This document shows positions 35,860 to 44,317 of a stretch of 62,435 bases of DNA, piece after piece. The DNA comes from an uncultured Anaerolineaceae bacterium (GTDB lineage Bacteria > Chloroflexota > Limnocylindria > Limnocylindrales > CSP1-4), in assembly GCA_964425305.1 (NCBI GenBank), contig CAYRMQ010000005.1, positions 1 through 62,435 on the forward strand, read 5' to 3'. Numbering within the stretch: the stretch's first letter is position 1; every line of letters starts with the position of its first letter. The position numbers and the translations under genes were made by a program. The notes beneath the pieces are model-generated. The model searched no databases. It was not told the origin of the DNA and saw nothing but the letters and a program-made list of their open reading frames with translations.

Positions 35860-36382
35860 GGGCGAGCAGGGCGGGCAGCCCCCTGGGTACGACCGGTCCG
35901 CCCATGGCGCCGAGGTCGGCGGCCTCGGCGGCGCTCTCGACCTCGACCTTGACGTGCTTCGCCGGCAGCTCCCTCTGCTTCTTCGGGAGGGTCAGCGTCA
36001 GCAGGCCGTCCTGGAAGACCGCCTTCGCCTCCCCCGCCTTGATCGGTGTCGGAACGAAAAAGCGGCGGGTAAAAAGGCCGTGACCGATCTCACGCTGGAC
36101 GGCGCCGGCGTCGGTCGTCTCCTTCTCCTCCTCGAACTTCCCCTCGATCGTCACGAACTCGTCGGTGATCTTGACGTCGACGTCCTCGGGCTTGACGCCG
36201 GCCAGCGCGACCTTGGCGATGATCGCCTCCGGCGTCGAGTACAGGTCGAGGGGCGGGACCATCTCGCGTCCCCGCTCGACGGCCCACAGCGGCCACCAGG
36301 AGCGCTCGTCGAAGAGCCTGTCAGCAACATCACGCAGCGGCTCGAGCTCGGGAAAGAGCGACGGTCGTCGGATGAGTGTCAT
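35837..36382 (-). CDS. Hsp20/alpha-crystallin family small heat-shock protein
   Basis: PPLDLYSTPEAIIAKVALAGVKPEDVDVKITDEFVTIEGK...FTRRFFVPTPIKAGEAKAVFQDGLLTLTLPK is an alpha-crystallin domain. GGGAGG lies upstream of the ATG. There is a C-terminal extension of about 30 aa. Confidence 0.88.
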   Translation of the reverse strand: MTLIRRPSLFPELEPLRDVADRLFDERSWWPLWAVERGREMVPPLDLYSTPEAIIAKVALAGVKPEDVDVKITDEFVTIEGKFEEEKETTDAGAVQREIGHGLFTRRFFVPTPIKAGEAKAVFQDGLLTLTLPKKQRELPAKHVKVEVESAAEAADLGAMGGPVVPRGLPALLALAAAPFR

Positions 36383-36558
36383 GACACACCTCCCGCCTCG
36401 CAGGCGGCGCCGAACACACGTCTCGGCACGGCCCGCCCGTGACGGCCGTTCCAGTCTCGAACGGCGGTTGCCCCACCGCCAGTGCCGTGCGTCCCGTTTC
36501 TAAAGGGCCGCTCGGACCCTCGCTCTCGTCCCGGCGCAGCGGCGCAATCAGCGCGCCG

Positions 36559-37869
36559 TCAAGCGCCGCGGCGGCGCCCGATAAGCAGGCGCTTGCGGCC
36601 TGCGCGCAAGGCAAGGTAGCGGCCGCCGAGGGGCTCGGGCACGGGCTGATCGGGCGCGGTCACCCGCTCGTCGTTGATCGAGTAGCCACCCTGCGCGATC
36701 TGGCGCCGCGCCTCGCTCTTCGACGGGTACAGCCCGCTGGCGACGGCCAGGCTCAGGACGTCGCCGCTCAGCTCCTCGTCGCCGAACTCGAAGCCATCGA
36801 GCTCGCGCGCCAGCACCTCGAGCAGTTCCGCGTCGCGCAGCGCCTGGCCCGAGAAGGCGACCTCGGCGACGCGCACCTGGCGCTCCGCCTCAGCCCGGCC
36901 GTGGACGCGGGCAGTAATCTCGTAGGCCAGCCGGCGCTGGGCCGGCCGCGCTTCGGGCATCCGCTGCTGCTCCTCCTCGAGACCGTGGATCTCGTCGGCA
37001 GCGAGCAGCGTCAGCCAGCGCAGCATGATGCCGACGTCGCGATCGTCCTGGCCGATCCAATACTGGTAGAAGGCATAGGGCGATGTAAGTTCAGCCGAGA
37101 GCCAGACATTGCCCGCCTGGGTCTTGCCGAACTTCGCGCCGCTCGGGTTGAGCAACAGCGGATGAGCCAGCGCGAAGGCCAGTGGCTCTTCATCCTCGCT
37201 GCGGCCGATCACACGCCGGATGAGCTCCAAACCGGCAGTCATGTTGCCCCACTGCTCGGTGCCGCCGATCTGCATCTCCACGCCGTGGTCACGATAGAGG
37301 TGCAGGAAGTCGGTCGCCTGCAGCGTCATGTAGCTGAACTCGGTGAATGAAATGCCGCTCGCCAAGCGACTCTGGACCGACTCCTTGGCCAGCATGTAGC
37401 CGAGCGAGAAGTGCTTGCCGATCTCGCGCAGGAACTCGAGCAGGCCGTACTCCGCCAGCCAGGCGCGGTTGTCCATCAGCCGCGCGGCGAACGTGCCCGA
37501 GAAGTCGAGCAGACGCTCCAGCTGGGCGCGGATGGCCTCGCGATTGGCGTCGAGCGTCGCCTCGTCGAGCAGGTTGCGCTCTGCGCTGGTGCCGGATGGA
37601 TCGCCGATCATGCCCGTGCCGCCGCCGACGAGCGAGACCGGTGCGCCGGCGCCGCTCCGCTGCAGATGGGCGAGCACGGTGATCGGCACCAGGTGGCCGG
37701 CGTGGAGCGAGGGCGCGGTCGGGTCGATGCCGTTGTAGGCGCTGATCGGGCCGCGAGCAAGGCGGGCCCGCAGCCCCTCCGATTCCTCGGCCAGCAGGCC
37801 GCGCCACTCCAGCTCGGCGAGGAAGGGATGGACGGCCGTCGTGCTCTCGGGCAGCTCGGTGGTGCTCAC
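36559..37869 (-). CDS. tyrS: tyrosine--tRNA ligase
   Basis: HIGH-type SLHAGHLV, GGGTGMIGDPSG, KMSKS-type KFGKT and a C-terminal S4 domain. The start is either GTG 37869 (preferred, see finding) or ATG 37899. Confidence 0.92.
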   Translation of the reverse strand: MSTTELPESTTAVHPFLAELEWRGLLAEESEGLRARLARGPISAYNGIDPTAPSLHAGHLVPITVLAHLQRSGAGAPVSLVGGGTGMIGDPSGTSAERNLLDEATLDANREAIRAQLERLLDFSGTFAARLMDNRAWLAEYGLLEFLREIGKHFSLGYMLAKESVQSRLASGISFTEFSYMTLQATDFLHLYRDHGVEMQIGGTEQWGNMTAGLELIRRVIGRSEDEEPLAFALAHPLLLNPSGAKFGKTQAGNVWLSAELTSPYAFYQYWIGQDDRDVGIMLRWLTLLAADEIHGLEEEQQRMPEARPAQRRLAYEITARVHGRAEAERQVRVAEVAFSGQALRDAELLEVLARELDGFEFGDEELSGDVLSLAVASGLYPSKSEARRQIAQGGYSINDERVTAPDQPVPEPLGGRYLALRAGRKRLLIGRRRGA

Positions 37870-37876
37870 AACGCCT

Positions 37877-37886
37877 ATGCTAGAGT
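37877..37886. promoter_or_regulatory. overlapping face-to-face -10-like hexamers (TAGAGT plus strand, TAGCAT minus strand)
   Basis: Plus strand: TGCTAGAGT (37878-37886) lies 11 nt upstream of ATG 37898. Minus strand: TAGCAT (37882-37877) lies 7 nt upstream of GTG 37869. Neither has an SD. Confidence 0.3.
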
Positions 37887-37897
37887 CTCCGCCGGAC

Positions 37898-40723
37898 ATG
37901 CAGACCAGCCTCGCGCGACGCCAGGCCCGCCGCATGAACGGGTCCCGTCGCCGGCGCCGGGGCGGAGTCGGGCGGAAGGTGGCCGTCGCGCTCCCCCTCC
38001 TCCTCTTCGGATCCCTTGCCCTCGTCGGGCTCGTGGGTGCACTCGGGGTGGTCGGCGTCTTCGCCGCCTACAGCCAGGACCTCGCCGACCCGCGCGATCT
38101 CGAGAAGATCGAGTTCATCCAGGAATCGGTCGTCTACGACCGCACCGGCCAGGTCGAGCTTGCCCGCTTCAGCGCCGGCGAGCGGCGCGAGCTGGTCGCC
38201 TTCGACGACATCCCGCCGATCCTGATCGACGCCACGACCGCGATCGAGGACCGCTCCTTCTGGACCAACACCGGCTTCGACCCGGTGGGCATCGTGTCGG
38301 CGGCCCTCGACACGCTGCGCGGCGACGAGCGCGGAGCCTCGACGGTGACCCAGCAGCTCGTCCGCCAGCGCCTGCTCGACCCCGAGCTGGTGCGCGACCC
38401 CGACCGTCGCGTCGAGCGCAAGATCAAGGAGATCATCCAGTCGATCCGCGTGACGGAAGCCTATCCCGGCGTCGAGGGCAAGCAACGCGTCATCACCGCT
38501 TATCTCAACCAGAACTACTACGGCAACAACAGCTACGGCATCAAGGCGGCGGCCAAGAGCTACTTCGGCCACGACAGCCTCGACCAGCTGACGCTCGGCC
38601 AGGTCGCGCTGCTGGCCGCGCTGCCGCAGTCGCCGTCGACCTACGATCTCGTGCGCAACGCGCAGGTCGACCCGCGCACCGGGCGCCTCTTCGTGCCGCT
38701 CGATGCGGAGAGCATCGCCATCGTCGCGCGGCGCAACTACATCCTCGAGCTGCTCGCCAACGACCCACCCCGGCGCGTACTCACCGGCGACGCCTACACC
38801 AGCGAGGAGCTGCTGGCGGCGCGCAACGAGGCGATCGTGCTGGCGCCGCAGGTGCGCGCGCAGCAGTGGCGCGCGCCGCACTTCGTGTGGGCCGTCCGCC
38901 GCCAGCTCGCCGACGTGCTGTGCGGCGAGGCCGAGACCTGCCCGCTCCTCGAGCGCGGCGGCCTGCGCGTCGTCACCTCGCTCGACGTGCGCCTGCAGGA
39001 GGCCGCCGAGAAGTGGGTCACCGCCGGCGTCATCCTGCCCCACGCCGACGACCCCGAGGCCTTCGCCGAGCAGCTCGGCGTGCCCTACGAGCGCTGGATG
39101 CGCCGCCTCTCGCAGATGGAGGTCAACAACGGGGCGCTGATCGCACTCGACTACCAGACCGGCGAGATCGTCGCCTACGTCGGCAGCGCCGGCTACTACC
39201 TCGGCGACCAGGCAACTCCCCAGTTCCAGCCGCAGTTCGACGTGCTCGCCGACGGCTGGCGCCAGCCCGGGTCGGCGTTCAAGCCGTTCAACTACGTGAC
39301 CGGCATCAACGACCGCACGATGACCGCGGCGACGATGTTCATGGACGTCACGACGGTGTTCCCGACGGACCGCGGGCCCGACTACATACCCAAGAACTAC
39401 GACCTGCTCGAACGCGGCCCGATGCGCATGCGCAGCCACCTCCAGTGGTCGCTCAACATCGGACCGGTCAAGGCGCTCGAGATCAACGGCATCCAGCACG
39501 TTTTCGACATGGCACGCCGCTTCGGCATGGACTTCCAGACCGAGACGCCGCGCGCCGGGCTGTCGTTGACGCTGGGCACCGAGGTGGCCCATCCGCGCGA
39601 CGTCGCCGTCGCCTACGGCACGCTGGCCAACGACGGCCGCTACGTCGGCCACACGCACATCCTCGAGATCAAGGATCCGTCGGGCACGGATCTCATCCCG
39701 CCGCGCCGCGCACCGGTCGGCGAGCCGGTGGTGACGCCGCAGGCGGCCTACATCATGACCGATATGCTCGAGAGCAACACTCGCCCGCGTCAGAACCCGA
39801 TCTGGGGCGCCTTCGCGGTGCGCGACGCCGATGGCACGCGCCGGCCGGCGACGATCAAGACGGGCACTTCGCAGGATGCCAACGACCTCGTCGCGTACGG
39901 CTACATCGCACCGCCCGACGAGGCTGGCCGGGCGGCCGGCCAGTACGCCCTCGTCGTCGGCGCCTGGAACGGCAACAGCGACGGCTCGCCGGTAACGACT
40001 CCGGATAACCCGGTCATCTCGACCGACGTGGCGGCGCCGGTCTGGCAGTCGTTCCTGTCCGAGGTGACCGCCGACTGGCCGATCAACGGCTTCATCCGGC
40101 CGGAGGGCATCGTCGAGGCCGACGTCGACGCGTGGAGCGGCGGCACGCCGACCGAGTTCACGACCGAGACCGTGCGCGAAGTATTCATCGATGGGACGGT
40201 CCCCGGCCCCGACACGACGAAGCGCGGCCTGCAGGTCATCGTCGACGAGGAAGGCACCGAGTACCTGTGGCGCGAGGGCTGCGCGGGCACGCCGCAGACG
40301 AAGGGCTACCTCGTCCTCGACGACGTCGAGGAGGACCACTCGGCGTGGCACGCGGCCAACCAGGACTGGATCGAGCGGGCGCGGCGCGGCACCGGTGTCC
40401 GCGGCGGCCCCGATCCCGAGGTCAGGACCGAGACGAGCTACATCTTCAACGGCCGCTACACGCCGTACGGCGACTCGTGGGGCGCGCCGTTCCCGCCGAC
40501 GCTCACCTGCGACATGGCGCCCTCCCCTTCGCCGTCCGTCTCGCCCAGCATCTCGCCGAGCATCGAGCCGTCGCCCAGCCCGGAGCCGACACCCAGCCAG
40601 GAGCCGACCGAGGAGCCGACACCCAGCCAGGAGCCGACTGAGGAACCGATCACGCTGCCGCCGATAACCCTGCCACCCATCACGCCTTCCCCGACGCCGT
40701 CGCCCTCACCGTCACCTACCTAG
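37898..40723 (+). CDS. class A penicillin-binding protein (transglycosylase/transpeptidase)
   Basis: GT51 motifs EDRSFWTNTGFD and GASTVTQQLVRQ. Transpeptidase motifs SAFK, SLN and KTGT. Arg-rich cytoplasmic tail plus a TM helix. The C-terminus is a Pro/Ser/Thr/Glu-rich repeat. Start at ATG 37898 or ATG 37934. Confidence 0.9.
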   Translation: MQTSLARRQARRMNGSRRRRRGGVGRKVAVALPLLLFGSLALVGLVGALGVVGVFAAYSQDLADPRDLEKIEFIQESVVYDRTGQVELARFSAGERRELVAFDDIPPILIDATTAIEDRSFWTNTGFDPVGIVSAALDTLRGDERGASTVTQQLVRQRLLDPELVRDPDRRVERKIKEIIQSIRVTEAYPGVEGKQRVITAYLNQNYYGNNSYGIKAAAKSYFGHDSLDQLTLGQVALLAALPQSPSTYDLVRNAQVDPRTGRLFVPLDAESIAIVARRNYILELLANDPPRRVLTGDAYTSEELLAARNEAIVLAPQVRAQQWRAPHFVWAVRRQLADVLCGEAETCPLLERGGLRVVTSLDVRLQEAAEKWVTAGVILPHADDPEAFAEQLGVPYERWMRRLSQMEVNNGALIALDYQTGEIVAYVGSAGYYLGDQATPQFQPQFDVLADGWRQPGSAFKPFNYVTGINDRTMTAATMFMDVTTVFPTDRGPDYIPKNYDLLERGPMRMRSHLQWSLNIGPVKALEINGIQHVFDMARRFGMDFQTETPRAGLSLTLGTEVAHPRDVAVAYGTLANDGRYVGHTHILEIKDPSGTDLIPPRRAPVGEPVVTPQAAYIMTDMLESNTRPRQNPIWGAFAVRDADGTRRPATIKTGTSQDANDLVAYGYIAPPDEAGRAAGQYALVVGAWNGNSDGSPVTTPDNPVISTDVAAPVWQSFLSEVTADWPINGFIRPEGIVEADVDAWSGGTPTEFTTETVREVFIDGTVPGPDTTKRGLQVIVDEEGTEYLWREGCAGTPQTKGYLVLDDVEEDHSAWHAANQDWIERARRGTGVRGGPDPEVRTETSYIFNGRYTPYGDSWGAPFPPTLTCDMAPSPSPSVSPSISPSIEPSPSPEPTPSQEPTEEPTPSQEPTEEPITLPPITLPPITPSPTPSPSPSPT
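40591..40650. repeat. 2 x 30-nt tandem repeat in the PBP C-terminal tail
   Basis: ACCCAGCCAGGAGCCGACCGAGGAGCCGAC / ACCCAGCCAGGAGCCGACTGAGGAACCGAT (27/30 identical) encode TPSQEPTEEP twice, followed by ITLPP twice. Confidence 0.85.
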
Positions 40724-40735
40724 CCGCCGTAGGCC

Positions 40736-43102
40736 CTACAGCTCGACGATCGTCGCCCCGTCGCCGCCCTCGCCGCGCTCGCCCGGCCGCCAGCTGCGCA
40801 CCAGCGGATGGCGCCCGAGCAGCTCGCGCAGCGAATCGCGCAGCGCGCCCGAGCCGTGGCCGTGGATGACCGTCAGCCGCCCGGCGCCGGCGACCGCCGC
40901 CTGGTCGACGTAGCGCTCGAGCATCTCGACCGCCTCCTCGACGCGGGCGCCGCGCAGGTCGAGTGAAGATGGCACGGCGCGCGCCGCCTTGCCCGCGCCG
41001 GGCGCGGCTGGCCGGGCCACCGGCTCCACCTCACCGCGGCGCCCGGCCGCCGGCCGCGCCGGCGTCACCGACTCGAGCTCGGCAAGCGGCACCGTCACGC
41101 GCATCGCGCCGGCGGCCAGCGTCGCCTGGCCCTCGTCGGCGTCGATGCTGACGATGCGACCCTGCCAGCCGCTTGCCGCGCGCACCTCCGCACCGGGTCG
41201 CAGCCGGTCCCTCTCCGGCGGCGGCTCGGCCTGCCGCGGAGCTGCGGCTGGCGGCTGCGGCAGCGCAGCGGCCAGCCGTTCCTCCAGGCGGGCAACGGCC
41301 TCGTCGAGACCGGCCTCGGTCAGCGTCGCGCGGCTGAGCATGTCGCGCGCGGCCCCGATCTCCGCCTGCACCTCGGCCAACGCCCGCTCCGCTTCGGCGC
41401 GCGCCCTGGCGACGGCCTCGTCGCGCTCGCGACGCGCCCGTGCCCGTTCCTCCTCGGCCTGCCGGCGCGCCGCCCGCGCCCGCTCCTCGGCCTCCGCCGC
41501 GCGCGCCAGCGCCTCCTCGGCGGTGATGTGCGCGTCGCGGATCGAGGCCAGCGTCGCCTCGAACTCGAGCTGCGCCCGGCTGAGCCGTGAGCGGGCGTCC
41601 TCGACGAGGACCTGCGGCAGGCCCAACCGCTCGGCAATGGCGAAGGCCTGGCTCGTGCCGGGCAGTCCGATGCGCAGGCGGTACGTCGGGCTGAGCGTCT
41701 CGAGGTCGAACTCGACCGACGAGTTCTGCGCCCGCGGGGTGTTGTGGGCGTACGTCTTGAGCTCGGCGTAGTGCGTCGTCGCGGCGACCAGCGCGCCGGC
41801 GCGGATGAAGTGGTCGAGCAGCGCCTGCGCCAGCGCCGAGCCCTCGGTCGGGTCGGTGCCGGCGCCCAGCTCGTCGAGCAGCACCAGCGTACCCGGCCCG
41901 GCCTGCTCGACGATGCGCACGATCGCGCGCATGTGGCTGCTGAACGTCGACAGTGACTGCGCGATCGACTGCTCGTCGCCGATGTCGGCAAAGACGTCGC
42001 CGAGGACCGGCAGCCGGCTGCCAGCGGCAGCGGGAGTGTGCAGCCCCGCCTGGTGCATCAGCGCCAGCAGGCCCAGCGTGCGCAGCGCGACGGTCTTGCC
42101 GCCCGTGTTCGGGCCGGTGATGACCAGCGCCTGGAAGTCGCCGCCGAGGCGGATGTCGATGGGCACGACGTGGCCGGTCAGCCCGGGGTGGCGGGCAGCC
42201 AGCAGCTCGACCTGCTGCTCGTCGACCGTCTCCGGTCGGACGCCGTCCAGCTCCGCCGACAGTCGCGCGCGGGCGGCGCGGAAATCGAACTCGGCCAGCG
42301 CGGCGAGCGTCTCGGCCAGCACATCGGCGTGGCTCTCGACGAGCGCCGACAGCTCGTCGAGGATGCGTTCCTCCTCGGCTTCGACGGCGAGCTGCGCCTC
42401 GCGCCAGGCGTTGCCCAGCTCGAGCGCGACGAGCGGCTCGATGAACAGCGTCTGGCCGCTGCCCGACTGGTCGTGGACGATGCCCTTGACGCGGCCCTTC
42501 GCCTCGGCGCGGACGGGCACGACGTAGCGGCCGTTGCGCAGCGTGATGATCGGCTCCTGCAGCGCGCCGGCGAGCTCGCTGCCGTGGACCAGCTGCTCGA
42601 GCCGCGAGCGCAGCCGCTCATAGGCGACGCGCACCTGCCGGCGCAGCCCGCCGAGGGCCGCAGAGGCCGAGTCGAGCAGCTCCCCGCCGGGTCCGATGCT
42701 CCCTTCGAGGCGGGCACGCAGCGGCGGCAGCGGTTTGATCCGGCGGCCCAGGTCGTGCAGCAGCGGCCGGCGCTCGCCGCGCAGCGCGTCGGCCAGCCGG
42801 CCGGCGGCGATCAGCGTGTCGAGGACGGCCAGCAGCTCCTCGCCGTCGAGGCGGCCGCCGCGCCGCGCCCGCTCGAGCACCGGCCCGATGTCGCGCGCGC
42901 CGCCGACCCCCACGGAGGGCTGCTCGGCCAGGAGCTCGCGCGCCTCGTCAACCTCGTCGAGCAGCCTCCGAACGACGATCGGGTCCGACGACGGCAGCAA
43001 CGTCTCGGCCAGCCGGCGTGAGGGCCCGAAGGCCGTGTAGCCGGCCAGCCGCCCGCGGATGAGCGGGAACTCGAGCAGCTCGAGGCTGCGCGCGTCGGTC
43101 AC
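40736..43102 (-). CDS. mutS2: endonuclease MutS2 (MutS-like ATPase with C-terminal Smr domain)
   Basis: ITGPNTGGKTV, LLDELGAGTDP, and Smr LDLRGARVEEA...TVIHGHGSGALR. Start taken at GTG 43102 (VTDARSLELLEF). The track ORF extends to 43279. Confidence 0.92.
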   Translation of the reverse strand: MTDARSLELLEFPLIRGRLAGYTAFGPSRRLAETLLPSSDPIVVRRLLDEVDEARELLAEQPSVGVGGARDIGPVLERARRGGRLDGEELLAVLDTLIAAGRLADALRGERRPLLHDLGRRIKPLPPLRARLEGSIGPGGELLDSASAALGGLRRQVRVAYERLRSRLEQLVHGSELAGALQEPIITLRNGRYVVPVRAEAKGRVKGIVHDQSGSGQTLFIEPLVALELGNAWREAQLAVEAEEERILDELSALVESHADVLAETLAALAEFDFRAARARLSAELDGVRPETVDEQQVELLAARHPGLTGHVVPIDIRLGGDFQALVITGPNTGGKTVALRTLGLLALMHQAGLHTPAAAGSRLPVLGDVFADIGDEQSIAQSLSTFSSHMRAIVRIVEQAGPGTLVLLDELGAGTDPTEGSALAQALLDHFIRAGALVAATTHYAELKTYAHNTPRAQNSSVEFDLETLSPTYRLRIGLPGTSQAFAIAERLGLPQVLVEDARSRLSRAQLEFEATLASIRDAHITAEEALARAAEAEERARAARRQAEEERARARRERDEAVARARAEAERALAEVQAEIGAARDMLSRATLTEAGLDEAVARLEERLAAALPQPPAAAPRQAEPPPERDRLRPGAEVRAASGWQGRIVSIDADEGQATLAAGAMRVTVPLAELESVTPARPAAGRRGEVEPVARPAAPGAGKAARAVPSSLDLRGARVEEAVEMLERYVDQAAVAGAGRLTVIHGHGSGALRDSLRELLGRHPLVRSWRPGERGEGGDGATIVEL

Positions 43103-43118
43103 GGCGCCGGCATGGACG

Positions 43119-43763
43119 TCACGGGCGGGAGACGGAAGGATGGCCGCGCAGCCAGAAGCGCCACGGCCGGCCGGCCCACTCCTCGCCGGCATAGGCGACG
43201 CCGACGCGCGGACCGCTGGCGACGGCGCCATCGGACACCGCCTCGCCGTCGGCCAGCGCCAGCCACAGCCGCTCGCCACGGAGCAGGTCGTGGCCGCTCA
43301 ACGAGCGGTCGACGGCGAGTGCCCGGCACAACCGGCCGGGACCTGCCGCCAGCCGCGCCTCGGCTTCGGCGGGCCGCCCGCGACGGAGGCGCATGGTGCC
43401 GCTGCCGGCCACCGGCTGGAGCGCGCGCAGCAGCACCGCGCCGGCGCGACCCTCCTCGTGGGCGACGACGTTGAGGCACTCGTGCATGCCATAGACGAGG
43501 TAGACGTAGGCCAGCCCGGCGATGCCGAACATCGGCTCCGTGCGCGGCGTCAGGCCGGCCCGCGCATGACTGGCCCGATCCTCCGGACCGCCGTACGCCT
43601 CGGCCTCGACGATGCGCCCGACCGACAGCTCACCAGCCACTTCGCGCACTACGTACGCCCCGAGCAGCGCGCGCGCCGCCGCCGGCGTCGGTCGCTCGAG
43701 CAGCTCCCGATCGAACCGGCGCAACCGGGCGACGGGCGGCGCCGGCTCCACCGCCGTGGCCAT
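43119..43763 (-). CDS. mpg: DNA-3-methyladenine glycosylase (Mpg/AAG family)
   Basis: RIVEAEAYGGPEDRASHA...GLAYVYLVYGMHECLNVV is typical of the Mpg family. Confidence 0.88.
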   Translation of the reverse strand: MATAVEPAPPVARLRRFDRELLERPTPAAARALLGAYVVREVAGELSVGRIVEAEAYGGPEDRASHARAGLTPRTEPMFGIAGLAYVYLVYGMHECLNVVAHEEGRAGAVLLRALQPVAGSGTMRLRRGRPAEAEARLAAGPGRLCRALAVDRSLSGHDLLRGERLWLALADGEAVSDGAVASGPRVGVAYAGEEWAGRPWRFWLRGHPSVSRP

Positions 43764-43774
43764 CTGTGGTGCGG

Positions 43775-44317
43775 TCAGCCCATCACCGCCCGCACGTGAT
43801 CGGGCAGCAGCGGCGCGAGGACGGGGCCGAGGAAAGCGCCCAGCGTGCCGCGGACGACCTCGGCGATGACCGACTGGCGCGTCGCCTGGTACACGTCACC
43901 GAAAAACTGGATCTGCGCAGAGGGCGCTTCGGGTACGGCGTGGTACGAGTCGAGGATGACCAGCCCGGCGAGGACGGTCAAAAGCGCCAGGATCACGCCG
44001 AGCACGCCGCCCAGCCAGCTGTCGAGCAGGGCGTGGCGCGTCAGCGTCATCGTCGTGCCGCTCACCTCGAAGAGGATGACCGCCGCACCGAAGAGCAGCA
44101 CGAATAGGCCGCCGAACGAGAGCATCGTCGCGTACTCGGTCGAGTAGGCGGTCGCTTGCGCGGCCAGCCAGCGGCCGACGGGCGCCGACAGCTGCGCGGC
44201 GAGAAGGAAGGTGACGAACCAGGCGGCGATGGCCAGCATCTGGCGGATCGCGTTGCGCACGAAACCGAGCAGGAAGCCGCCGCCGACGAGCAGGATGATG
44301 ACGAGGTCGATGACCAT
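43775..44317 (-). CDS. cvpA: CvpA family membrane protein
   Basis: MVIDLVIILLVGGGFLLGFVRNAIRQMLAIAAW... with 4 TM helices resembles CvpA. It directly abuts the pheT stop. Confidence 0.8.
   Translation of the reverse strand: MVIDLVIILLVGGGFLLGFVRNAIRQMLAIAAWFVTFLLAAQLSAPVGRWLAAQATAYSTEYATMLSFGGLFVLLFGAAVILFEVSGTTMTLTRHALLDSWLGGVLGVILALLTVLAGLVILDSYHAVPEAPSAQIQFFGDVYQATRQSVIAEVVRGTLGAFLGPVLAPLLPDHVRAVMG

Noticed and set aside
36383-36558. Looked for CIRCE (TTAGCACTC-N9-GAGTGCTAA) or HAIR (CTTGAGT-N7-ACTCAAG) heat-shock operators upstream of hsp20.
   Set aside because: Only a loose TTAGAAAC is present, with no inverted partner, so no operator is called.
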